NCBI GenBank assembly: GCA_965655095.1
Contig: OZ296651.1
Coordinates: 84,196,001-84,260,000 of the forward strand
Source: Haplodiscus bocki
Taxonomy: Eukaryota
Direction of reading: 5' to 3'
DNA: 64,000 bases
The notes under the pieces: model-generated
Databases searched by the model: none
Seen by the model: the letters and a program-made list of their open reading frames with translations, nothing else
What the model was told of the DNA's origin: nothing
Part shown: one piece after another, positions 51,846 to 64,000 of the stretch
How positions within the stretch are numbered: position 1 is the stretch's first letter
How the letters are laid out: each line of letters begins with the position of its first letter
Translations under genes and position numbers: made by a program

Positions 51846-54800
51846 TTCTACCTTAAAAATAGGTTACGGACTCTATAGCATAAAAATCTTTTTCGGCGCT
51901 TCAAAAGAAGAAGCTAAATGCGATTCGCATGTTGAACCTGGCTGCGCAATTTTGCAATCCACGTTTCTTGTAGGGCTTCGAGTTTTAATGACAATTCCTT
52001 TTTGCTGACGTTTTGTTCTGCAAATTTTCTTAATGTTTCGGCAAAGCTAACTTTGAACCTTCATATCTCTGCACCTAAAATTCTGCGCGAACTGGTGTTT
52101 TCGAAGATTGCAGGGCAAGGCTTTAAGCTAATTTCTGTAGGAAATTGATTCTGAACATTTGCTTCATAATTGTGTAGCAGAAAAATGGTTCGAGTCAGAG
52201 ACAGCCACGTAATAAATGTTACTTTCTATCTTCGAGTCCAGTGCTTCGCTGCAGTATCGCGCAGCAATTAAATTCCAATACTAATGAGATCTGATACTTG
52301 TTAACTTATTCGTGCGATGTTGCGTGCGTCGAGAAAAGTTTCCGGCAGCTGTGAATTACCTTTTTTGCCCGAGTATCGAGTTTTGGTAAAAAAAAAAGAT
52401 GTCTTCCTAGTGCGCATAGCGGCAAGCATTTCGTGGGACCCTTCTAATGATTTGGTTTTAGGAGTTTTTTTTCGTTGTTTGCTTTCTGGACAATGGAAAG
52501 TTTCTGAGAAACGTTCATTTTTGCCGAGAACCATGGAAAAAATATCTTTTTTACATGCACTAGTTTCCGGACGAATCTTGAGTTAAAGTGATGAATTCGC
52601 GAAAAGAATAGACAAACATGTTTTTAAGGATTTCCTCGTTCTCATGAGCAGCGTGCTTGGAGTAAAATTTTCGAAAGTTGATTTTGCATTTCACGTAAAG
52701 CCTGCTAATCAAGTGCATATCCTTGTCAGATGATACGTCGAGCCCTTGTTCATATCGTAACACGTTCGTTTTGCAATAATCTCGCATTGGTTGTGCGTGT
52801 CGGGAGAGGAAAGCTACAGAGTAGTAATTCCAGTTGCAATTTTCTCATCCATAAACTTTTTGCAGCTACATGTTAACAGCTTGAGACGGTTTTTTTTTCT
52901 GCGCATCGTTTGTAACCCTCTTTATCTTGGCGCTTTCGGTGGAAGCCCATGCGCAGCTTTCGTTGCGCCTATTTCTTGGTCTATCCGATGCCAACCCGCG
53001 TTAAGTTGTTTGCTTACTTTTAGTTTTGCCGAGTGTGTTCGTTTCAACCGCCATTTTAAGTCTCATTTAGCTTCGTGGCTAGGACACAGTACCCTTACGG
53101 TGCTTTTAATGGAGAAAGCGAGGAAGACAAAATTAAATGAGACCAATGAAATGGATTGTCAGTAGCTTACTGAAAACATTTCTCGTCAACTGTTGGTCGG
53201 ATTGCAATCATCCGCTTTATATTCAGTGCGCAGTTCTTAAAATCTGTTGAAAGCCGCAGATATACCTCTTCATAACCAACTAGGGATTTATTTTGATATG
53301 AACTTCGACATTTAGATGTTTTTTTGGACGAATATGCTATGTTGATTCCTGACAGTGATTTTCAACACTATTGTTCGAATTGCTGTGTACCCATCTTTCT
53401 TCAAGTGCTCGCAATTGGGGTGTCTTTTGACAACTAAAAATATTCATCTTCCCACATATCTGGAAACTATTTCACTTTAAACTTCGATGTTGAAGTTTCC
53501 TGCTAGCGGAATAAAAGTTTGGGAAAAACTCATAGGTTTCTGCCCAGATCGCACTCATCCATTCCCAATTCAAGCACTGGCTTTTAAGACTTTTTCGGTA
53601 CCACAGAACGCCATTTTGATCCACATATCCGAAATGTATTTCAATTCACTCGTGAGACTAGTTGAATTTTTTAGCCAGACTTTCGAATGTAATTTTCCTG
53701 TGCTTTAACGATTGAGTTCCACCCCTCTGATGTTATACAACTACTCGCAATCTTTGAAGCCTGCTCGAGGCTGAGAATGTATTTTTCATACTCCTTTCGT
53801 GAATAATCTGAAATTGAACTTCGAATGTTTGCAGACAAAATCCGCATTGCATTTTTAAGAATTTATATTACCCCGTGGGTAGGACGAAAGGGCTCCGAAG
53901 CCAGAGGTTGCAGTTTCGAACCCCGGTATATGCCATATATCTTTTCACATTTTATACCGTAAACTATCGCATAGTCCACTGATAATCGAATGATATACAG
54001 TTATATAATCTACTGAATCTACAAGTATCAGGTTCGAGTCCCAGCATTAAGCTTTGTTTTCTTATATTTTTTAGAATGAGAATTATAAAGCTGGATCACT
54101 CGAAATTTTTGCATTTCTGGGCGCGAAAAAAGAATTCTGAGTGGGTCTTGAATCTTGCACCAAAAGTTTAGTTGAATCGTTGGTCAATTTTTTGCAAGAT
54201 TATTGGTAGACTAAACGCATTCAAAAGTTTTCATGAATTTACAGCATTCTTTACAAGTTTACAAACATTCAAATTTCTGGAATTTTGTTGCCAATTGAAC
54301 AAAAAATTTTGCGAAATTCGGAAGTGGGAAAATATTTCAAAGTAGGATATTTCACAATTACGCATTTCTGATACAGGATTAACATCGAGTTTGAAAGATC
54401 TGATAATGCACTTTTAGGTCTATTTAGGCCCAGTCGTAGCGCGCCTTGCTTCACCAGATTTTGTAGTACGGGGGTTTGTAATAGCAACAGCGTACTATTG
54501 ACTTTGTTAAGACTGGGCATGGGAAAGTGATGATTAAGGACTGGCATCTGATATGCGGCAAGCGATTCAGAGAAGAACGACTTTTCTTGAAATATGACCT
54601 TGTTTTAAAACAAAAACCGGCATTTTTTGAAAGGCGGTCATAAAAGTGCCGCCCCGAACTGTTGGTATTGTTATCGATAGATGAAATGACAACAGATTGT
54701 GACAATTATAGCGTGCTAATGAATTGTGAAAAACTGATTCGGAAATTGAAAAAACGGGCTGCTTTAAATCAATGCTAAATCAATTAGGGTTGAGAGCCGA

Positions 54801-57800
54801 AACTGACACAAGTTTGGTACTGTTTGAAAGAAACAGTTGGCTTCGAAAACCTTAGGTTCAATTGGCAGTAGAAGTTATATTCAAAATGATGCATTTCTCT
54901 GATTGAGGTATATTTTTCATTGCTTTACTTAGTTGATAATAAAAAGAGACTGGAGCCAGATTTAAGCTTAAAGTAATCGCAATCCTGACATGCTTAATAA
55001 TTTTTCTACCTTAAAAATAGGTTACGGACTCCATAGCATAAAAATCTTTTTCGGCGCTTCAAAAGAAGAAGCTAAATGCGATTCGCATGTTGAACCTGGC
55101 TGCGCAATTTTGCAATCCACGTTTCTTTTGTAGGGCTTCGAGTTTTAATGACAATTCCTTTTTGCTGACGTTTTGTTCTGCAAATTTTCTTAATGTTTCG
55201 GCAAAGCTAACTTTGAACCTTCATATCTCTGCACCTAAAATTCTGCGCGAACTGGTGTTTTCGAAGATTGCAGGGCAAGGCTTTAAGCTAATTTCTGTAG
55301 GAAATTGATTCTGAAACTTTGCTTCATAATTGTGTAGCAGAAAAATGGTTCGAGTCAGAGACAGCCACGTAATAAATGTTACTCTCTATCTTCGAGTCCA
55401 GTGCTTCGCTGCAGTATCGCGCAGCAACTAAATTCCAATACTAATGAGATCTGATACTTGTTAACTTATTCGTGCGATGTTGCGTGCGTCGAGAAAAGTT
55501 TCCGGCAGCTGTGAATTACCTTTTTTGCCCGAGTGTCGAGTTTTGGTAAAAAAAAAGATGTCTTCCTAGTGCGCATAGCGGCAAGCATTTCGTGGGACCC
55601 TTCTAATGATTTGGTTTTAGGAGTTTTTTTTCGTTGTTTGCTTTCTGGACAATGGAAAGTTTCTGAGAAACGTTCATTTTTGCCGAGAACCATGGAAAAA
55701 ATATCTTTTTTACATGCACTAGTTTCCGGACGAATCTTGAGTTAAAGTGATGAATTCGCGAAAAGAATAGACAAACATGTTTTTAAGGATTTCCTCGTTC
55801 TCATGAGCAGCGTGCTTGGAGTAAAATTTTCGAAAGTTGATTTTGCATTTCACGTAAAGCCTGCTAATCAAGTGCATATCCTTGTCAGATGATACGTCGA
55901 GCCCTTGTTCATATCGTAACAAGTTCGTTTTGCAATAATCTCGCATTGGTTGTGCGTGTCGGGAGAGGAAAGCTACAGAGTAGTAATTCCAGTTGCAATT
56001 TTCTCATCCATAAACTTTTTGCAGCTACATGTTAACAGCTTGAGACGGTTTTTTTTTCTGCGCATCGTTTGTAACCCTCTTTTTCTTGGCGCTTTCGGTG
56101 GAAGCCCATGCGCAGCTTTCGTTGCGCCTATTTCTTGGTCTATCCGATGCCAACCCGCGTTAAGTTGTTTGCTTACTTTTAGTTTTGCCGAGTGTGTTCG
56201 TTTCAACCGCCATTTTAAGTCTCATTTAGCTTCGTGGCTAGGACACAGTACCCTTACGGTGCTTTTAATGGAGAAAGCGAGGAAGACAAAATTAAATGAG
56301 ACCAATGAAATGGATTGTCAGTAGCTTACTGAAAACATTTCTCGTCAACTGTTGGTCGGATTGCAATCATCCGCTTTATATTCAGTGCGCAGTTCTTAAA
56401 ATCTGTTGAAAGCCGCAGATATACCTCTTCATAACCAACTAGGGATTTATTTTGATATGAACTTCGACATTTAGATGTTTTTTTGGACGAATATGCTATG
56501 TTGATTCCTGACAGTGATTTTCAACACTATTGTTCAAATTGCTGTGTACCCATCTTTCTTCAAGTGCTCGCAATTGGGGTGTCTTTTGACAACTAAAAAT
56601 ATTCATCTTCCCACATATCTGGAAACTATTTCACTTTAAACTTCGATGTTCAAGTTTCCTGCTAGCGGAATAAAAGTTTGGGAAAAACTCATAGGTTTCT
56701 GCCCAGATCGCACTCATCCATTCCCAATTCAAGCACTGGCTTTTAAGACTTTTTCGGTACCACAGAACGCCATTTTGATCCACATATCCGAAATGTATTT
56801 CAATTCACTCGTGAGACTAGTTGAATTTTTTAGCCAGACTTTCGAATGTAATTTTCCTGTGCTTTAATGATTGAGTTCCACCCCTCTGATGTTTTACAAC
56901 TACTCGCAATCTTTGAAGCCTGCTCGAGGCTGAGAATGTATTTTTCATACTCCTTTCGTGAATAATCTGAAATTGAACTTCGAATGTTTGCAGACAAAAT
57001 CCGCATTGCATTTTCAAGAATTTATATTACCCCGTGGGTAGGACGAAAGGGCTCCGAAGCCAGAGGTTGCAGTTTCGAACCCCGGTATATGCCATATATC
57101 TTTTCACATTTTATACCGTAAACTATCGCATAGTCCACTGATAATCGAATGATATACAGTTATATAATCTACTGAATCTACAAGTATCAGGTTCGAGTCC
57201 CAGCATTAAGCTTTGTTTTCTTATATTTTTTAGAATGAGAATTATAAAGCTGGAACACTCGAAATTTTTGCATTTCTGGGCGCGAAAAAAGAATTCTGAG
57301 TGGGTCTTGAATCTTGCACCAAAAGTTTAGTTGAATCGTTGGTCAATTTTTTGCAAGATTATTGGTAGACTAAACGCATTCAAAAGTTTTCATGAATTTA
57401 CAGCATTCTTTACAAGTTTACAAACATTCAAATTTCTGGAATTTTGTTGCCAATTGAACAAAAAATTTTTGCGAAATTCGGAAGTGGGAAAATATTTCAA
57501 AGTAGGATATTTCACAATTACGCATTTCTGATACAGGATTAACATCGAGTTTGAATGATCTGATAATGCACTTTTAGGTCTATTTAGGCCCAGTCGTAGC
57601 GCGCCTTGCTTCACCAGATTTTGTAGTACGGGGGTTTGTAATAGCAACAGCGTACTATTGACTTTGTTAAGACTGGGCATGGGAAAGTGATGATTTAGGA
57701 CTGGCATCTGATATGCGGCAAGCGATTCAGAGAAGAACGAATTTTCTTGAAATATGACCTTGTTTTAAAACAAAAACCGGCATTTTTTGAAAGGCGGTCA

Positions 57801-60800
57801 TAAAAGTGCCGCCCCGAACTGTTGGTATTGTTATCGATAGATGAAATAACAACAGATTGTGACAATTATAGCGTGCTAATGAATTGTGAAAAACTGATTC
57901 GGAAATTAAAAAAACGGGCTGCTTTAAATCAATGCTAAATCAATTAGGGTTGAGAGCCGAAACTGACACAAGTTTGGTACTGTTTGAAAGAAACAGTTGG
58001 CTTCGAAAACCTTAGGTTCAATTGGCAGTAGAAGTTATATTCAAAATGATGCATTTCTCTGATTGAGGTATATTTTTCATTGCTTTACTTAGTTGATAAT
58101 AAAAAAAGACTTGAGCCAGATTTAAGCTTAAAGTAATCGCAATCCTGACATGCTTAATAATTTTTCTACCTTAAAAATAGGTTACGGACTCCATAGCATA
58201 AAAATCTTTTTCGGCGCTTCAAAAGAAGAAGCTAAATGCGATTCGCATGTTGAACCTGGCTGCGCAATTTTGCAATCCACGTTTCTTTTGTAGGGCTTCG
58301 AGTTTTAATGACAATTCCTTTTTGCTGACGTTTTGTTCTGCAAATTTTCTTAATGTTTCGGCAAAGCTAACTTTGAACCTTCATATCTCTGCACCTAAAA
58401 TTCTGCGCGAACTGGTGTTTTCGAAGATTGCAGGGCAAGGCTTTAAGCTAATTTCTGTAGGAAATTGATTCTGAAACTTTGCTTCATAATTGTGTAGCAG
58501 AAAAATGGTTCGAGTCAGAGACAGCCACGTAATAAATGTTACTTTCTATCTTCGAGTCCAGTGCTTCGCTGCAGTATCGCGCAGCAATTAAATTCCAATA
58601 CTAATGAGATCTAATACTTGTTAACTTATTCGTGCGATGTTGCGTGCGTCGAGAAAAGTTTCCGGCAGCTGTGAATTACCTTTTTTGCCCGAGTATCGAG
58701 TTTTGGTAAAAAAAAAAAGATGTCTTCCTAGTGCGCATAGCGGCAAGCATTTCGTGGGACCCTTCTAATGATTTGGTTTTAGGAGTTTTTTTCGTTGTTT
58801 GCTTTCTGGACAATGGAAAGTTTCTGAGAAACGTTCATTTTTGCCGAGAACCATGGAAAAAATATCTTTTTTACATGCACTAGTTTCCGGACGAATCTTG
58901 AGTTAAAGTGATGAATTCGCGAAAAGAATAGACAAACATGTTTTTAAGGATTTCCTCGTTCTCATGAGCAGCGTGCTTGGAGTAAAATTTTCGAAAGTTG
59001 ATGTTGCATTTCACGTAAAGCCTGCTAATCAAGTGCATATCCTTGTCAGATGATACGTCGAGCCCTTGTTCATATCGTAACAAGTTCGTTTTGCAATAAT
59101 CTCGCATTGGTTGTGCGTTTCGGGAGAGGAAAGCTACAGAGTAGTAATTCCAGTTGCAATTTTCTCATCCATAAACTTTTTGCAGCTACATGTTAACAGC
59201 TTAAGACGGTTTTTTTTTTCTGAGCATCGTTTGTAACCCTCTTTATCTTGGCGCTTTCGGTGGAAGACCATGCGCAGCTTTCGTTGTGCCTATTTCTTGG
59301 TCTATCCGATGCCAACCCGCGTTAAGTTGTTTGCTTACTTTTAGTTTTGCCGAGTGTGTTCGTTTTAACCGCCATTTTAAGTCTCATTTAGCTTCGTGGC
59401 TAGGACACAGTACCCTTACGGTGCTTTTAATGGAGAAAGCGAGGAAGACAAAATTAAATGAGACCAATGAAATGGATTGTCAGTAGCTTACTGAAAACAT
59501 TTCTCGTCAACTGTTGGTCGGATTGCAATCATCCGCTTTATATTCAGTGCGCAGTTCTTAAAATCTGTTGAAAGCCGCAGATATACCTCTTCATAACCAA
59601 GTAGGGATTTATTTTGATATGAACTTCGACATTTAGATGTTTTTTTTGGACGAATATGCTATGTTGATTCCTGACAGTGATTTTCAACACTATTGTTCGA
59701 ATTGCTGTGTACCCATCTTTCTTCAAGTGCTCGCAATTGGGGTGTCTTATGACAACTAAAAATATTCATCTTCCCACATATCTGGAAACTATTTCACTTT
59801 AAACTTCGATGTTCAAATTTCCTGCTAGCGGAATAAAAGTTTGGGAAAAACTCATAGGTTTCTGCCCAGATCGCACTCATCCATTCCCAATTCAAGCACT
59901 GGCTTTTAAGACTTTTTCGGTACCACAGAACGCCATTTTGATCCACATATCCGAAATGTATTTCAATTCACTCGTGAGACTAGTTGAATTTTTTAGCCAG
60001 ACTTTCGAATGTAATTTTCCTGTGCTTTAATGATTGAGTTCCACCCCTCTGATGTTTTACAACTACTCGCAATCTTTGAAGCCTGCTCGAGGCTGAGAAT
60101 GTATTTTTCATACTCCTTTCGTGAATAATCTGAAATTGAACTTCGAATGTTTGCAGACAAAATCCGCATTGCATTTTTAAGAATTTATATTACCCCGTGG
60201 GTAGGACGAAAGGGCTCCGAAGCCAGAGGTTGCAGTTTCGAACCCCGGTATATGCCATATATCTTTTCACATTTTATACCGTACACTATCGCATAGTCCA
60301 CTGATTATCGAATGATATACAGTTATATAATCTACTGAATCTACAAGTATCAGGTTCGAGTCCCAGCATTAAGCTTTGTTTTCTTATATTTTTTAGAATG
60401 AGAATTATAAATCTGGAACACTCAAAATTTTTGCGTTTCTGAGCGCGAAAAAAGAATTCTGAGTGCGTCCTGAATCTTGCACCAAAAGTTTAGTTGATTC
60501 GTTGGTCAATTTTTTGCAAGATTATTGGTAGACCAAACGCATTCAAAAGTTTTCATGAATTTACAGCATTCTTTACAAGTTTACAAACATTCAAATTTCT
60601 GGAATTTTGTTGCCAATTGAACAAAAAATTTTTGCGAAATTCGGAAGTGGGAAAATATTTCAAAGTAGGATATTTCACAATTACGCATTTCTGATACAGG
60701 ATTAACATCGAGTTTGAAAGATCTGATAATGCACTTTTAGGTCTATTTAGGCCCAGTCGTAGCGCGCCTTGCTTCACCAGATTTTGTAGTACGGGGGTTT

Positions 60801-63800
60801 GTAATAGCAGCAGCGTACTATTGACTTTGTTAAGACTGGGCATGGGAAAGTGATGATTTAGGACTGGCATCTGATATGCGGCAAGCGATTCAGAGAAGAA
60901 CGAATTTTCTTGAAATATGACCTTGTTTTAAAACAAAAACCGGCATTTTTTGAAAGGCGGTCATAAAAGTACCGCCCCGAACTGTTGGTATTGTTATCGA
61001 TAGATGAAATGACAACAGATTGTGACAATTATAGCGTGCTAATGAATTGTGAAAAACTGATTCGGAAATTGAAAAAACGGGCTGCTTTAAATCAATGCTA
61101 AATCAATTAGGGTTGAGAGCCGAAACTGACACAAGTTTGGTACTGTTTGAAAGAAACAGTTGGCTTCGAAAACCTTAGGTTCAATTGGCAGAAGTTATAT
61201 TCAAAATGATGCATTTCTCTGATTGAGGTATATTTTTCATTGCTTTACTTAGTTGATAATAAAAAAAGACTTGAGCCAGATTTAAGCTTAAAGTAATCGC
61301 AATCCTGACATGCTTAATAATTTTTCGACCTTAAAAATAGGTTACGGACTCCATAGCATAAAAATCTTTTTCGGCGCTTCAAAAGAAGAAGCTAAATGCG
61401 ATTCGCATGTTGAACCTGGCTGCGCAATTTTGCAATCCACGTTTCTTTTGTAGGGCTTCGAGTTTTAATGACAATTCCTTTTTGCTGACGTTTTGTTCTG
61501 CAAATTTTCTTAATGTTTCGGCAAAGCTAACTTTGAACCTTCATATCTCTGCACCTAAAATTCTGCGCGAACTGGTGTTTTCGAAGATTGCAGGGCAAGG
61601 CTTTAAGCTAATTTCTGTAGGAAATTGATTCTGAAACTTTGCTTCATAATTGTGTAGCAGAAAAATGGTTCGAGTCAGAGACAGCCACGTAATAAATGTT
61701 ACTTTCTATCTTCGAGTCCAGTGCTTCGCTGCAGTATCGCGCAGCAATTAAATTCCAATACTAATGAGATCTAATACTTGTTAACTTATTCGTGCGATGT
61801 TGCGTGCGTCGAGAAAAGTTTCCGGCAGCTGTGAATTACCTTTTTTGCCCGAGTATCGAGTTTTGGTAAAAAAAAAAAAGATGTCTTCCTAGTGCGCATA
61901 GCGGCAAGCATTTCGTGGGACCCTTCTAATGATTTGGTTTTAGGAGTTTTTTTCGTTGTTTGCTTTCTGGACAATGGAAAGTTTCTGAGAAACGTTCATT
62001 TTTGCCGAGAACCATGGAAAAAATATCTTTTTTACATGCACTAGTTTCCGGACGAATCTTGAGTTAAAGTGATGAATTCGCGAAAAGAATAGACAAACAT
62101 GTTTTTAAGGATTTCCTCGTTCTCATGAGCAGCGTGCTTGGAGTAAAATTTTCGAAAGTTGATGTTGCATTTCACGTAAAGCCTGCTAATCAAGTGCATA
62201 TCCTTGTCAGATGATACGTCGAGCCCTTGTTCATATCGTAACAAGTTCGTTTTGCAATAATCTCGCATTGGTTGTGCGTTTCGGGAGAGGAAAGCTACAG
62301 AGTAGTAATTCCAGTTGCAATTTTCTCATCCATAAACTTTTTGCAGCTACATGTTAACAGCTTAAGACGGTTTTTTTTTCTGAGCATCGTTTGTAACCCT
62401 CTTTATCTTGGCGCTTTCGGTGGAAGACCATGCGCAGCTTTCGTTGTGCCTATTTCTTGGTCTATCCGATGCCAACCCGCGTTAAGTTGTTTGCTTACTT
62501 TTAGTTTTGCCGAGTGTGTTCGTTTTAACCGCCATTTTAAGTCTCATTTAGCTTCGTGGCTAGGACACAGTACCCTTACGGTGCTTTTAATGGAGAAAGC
62601 GAGGAAGACAAAATTAAATGAGACCAATGAAATGGATTGTCAGTAGCTTACTGAAAACATTTCTCGTCAACTGTTGGTCGGATTGCAATCATCCGCTTTA
62701 TATTCAGTGCGCAGTTCTTAAAATCTGTTGAAAGCCGCAGATATACCTCTTCATAACCAACTAGGGATTTATTTTGATATGAACTTCGACATTTAGATGT
62801 TTTTTTGGACGAATATGCTATGTTGATTCCTGACAGTGATTTTCAACACTATTGTTCGACTTGCTGTGTACCCATCTTTCTTCAAGTGCTCGCAATTGGG
62901 GTGTCTTTTGACAACTAAAAATATTCATCTTCCCACATATCTGGAAACTATTTCACTTTAAACTTCGATGTTCAAGTTTCCTGCTAGCGGAATAAAAGTT
63001 TGGGAAAAACTCATAGGTTTCTGCCCAGATCGCACTCATCCATTCCCAATTCAAGCACTGGCTTTTAAGACTTTTTCGGTACCACAGAACGCCATTTTGA
63101 TCCACATATCCGAAATGTATTTCAATTCACTCGTGAGACTAGTTGAATTTTTTAGCCAGACTTTCGAATGTAATTTTCCTGTGCTTTAATGATTGAGTTC
63201 CACCCCTCTGATGTTATACAATTACTCGCAATCTTTGAAGCCTGCTCGAGGCTGAGAATGTATTTTTCATACTCCTTTCGTGAATAATCTGAAATTGAAC
63301 TTCGAATGTTTGCAGACAAAATCCGCATTGCATTTTTAAGAATTTATATTACCCCGTGGGTAGGACGAAAGGGCTCCGAAGCCAGAGGTTGCAGTTTCGA
63401 ACCCCGGTATATGCCATATATCTTTTCACATTTTATACCGTAAACTATCGCATAGTCCACTGATTATCGAATGATATACAGTTATATAATCTACTGAATC
63501 TACAAGTATCAGGTTCGAGTCCCAGCATTAAGCTTTGTTTTCTTATAATTTTTAGAATGAGAATTATAAATCTGGAACACTCAAAATTTTTGCGTTTCTG
63601 GGCGCGAAAAAAGAATTCTGAGTGCGTCTTGAATCTTGCACCAAAAGTTTAGTTGAATCGTTGGTCAATTTTTTGCAAGATTATTGGTAGACTAAACGCA
63701 TTCAAAAGTTTTCATGAATTTACAGCATTCTTTACAAGTTTACAAACATTCAAATTGCTGGAATTTTGTTGCCAATTGAACAAAAAATTTTTGCGAAATT

Positions 63801-64000
63801 CGGAAGTGGGAAAATATTTCAAAGTAGGATATTTCACAATTACGCATTTCTGATACAGGATTAACATCGAGTTTGAAAGATCTGATAATGCACTTTTAGG
63901 TCTATTTAGGCCCAGTCGTAGCGCGCCTTGCTTCACCAGATTTTGTAGTACGGGGGTTTGTAATAGCAGCAGCGTACTATTGACTTTGTTAAGACTGGGC
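51846..64000. repeat. Head-to-tail tandem array (macrosatellite), unit ~3160 bp, about 3.85 copies in window, continues past the end
   Basis: C(T/G)ACCTTAAAAATAGGTTACGGACTC starts at 51848, 55006, 58166 and 61326 (periods 3158, 3160, 3160); the ORF track repeats with the same period; copies differ only by scattered SNPs and small indels. Confidence 0.98.
53874..53934 (+). repeat. tRNA-like (SINE-head) segment within each array unit
   Basis: GGCTCCGAAGCCAGAGGTTGCAGTTTCGAACCCC resembles a tRNA 3' half with a damaged B box; a second, intact B box GGTTCGAGTCCC lies at 54031-54042; repeated every ~3160 bp. Confidence 0.5.

Noticed and set aside
51846-64000. Recurrent ORFs in the array as a tandem gene family, or the array as CRISPR/rDNA/histone repeat
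   Set aside because: ORFs recur only because the DNA is duplicated and several are broken by indels in some copies; there is no repeat-spacer structure and no rRNA or histone sequence.

Overview
AT-rich eukaryotic (metazoan, probably invertebrate) genomic DNA, not prokaryotic; almost all ORFs in the supplied track are spurious. The backbone is a + strand multi-exon gene encoding a MIPOL1-like (mirror-image polydactyly 1) coiled-coil protein. Its GT-AG exons run from 11798 to at least 41472, possibly 45724, and both ends probably lie outside the exons I could find. The introns and flanks are full of decayed transposons: a bounded MULE (1811-3529, 9-bp TSD), a complete but dead 1.83-kb hAT element (29035-30861, 8-bp TSD), at least three BEL/Pao remnants, a LINE RT fragment, an LTR with a tRNA-iMet PBS, tRNA-derived SINE-like heads and MITE/Helentron-like pieces. 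An unrecognised interspersed family encoding a Cys- and N-glycosylation-sequon-rich (env-like?) peptide occurs about five times. From about 51846 to the window end lies a near-identical head-to-tail 3.16-kb tandem array (about 3.85 copies in view) built from TE debris. All homology calls come from motif recognition by eye, not database searches.
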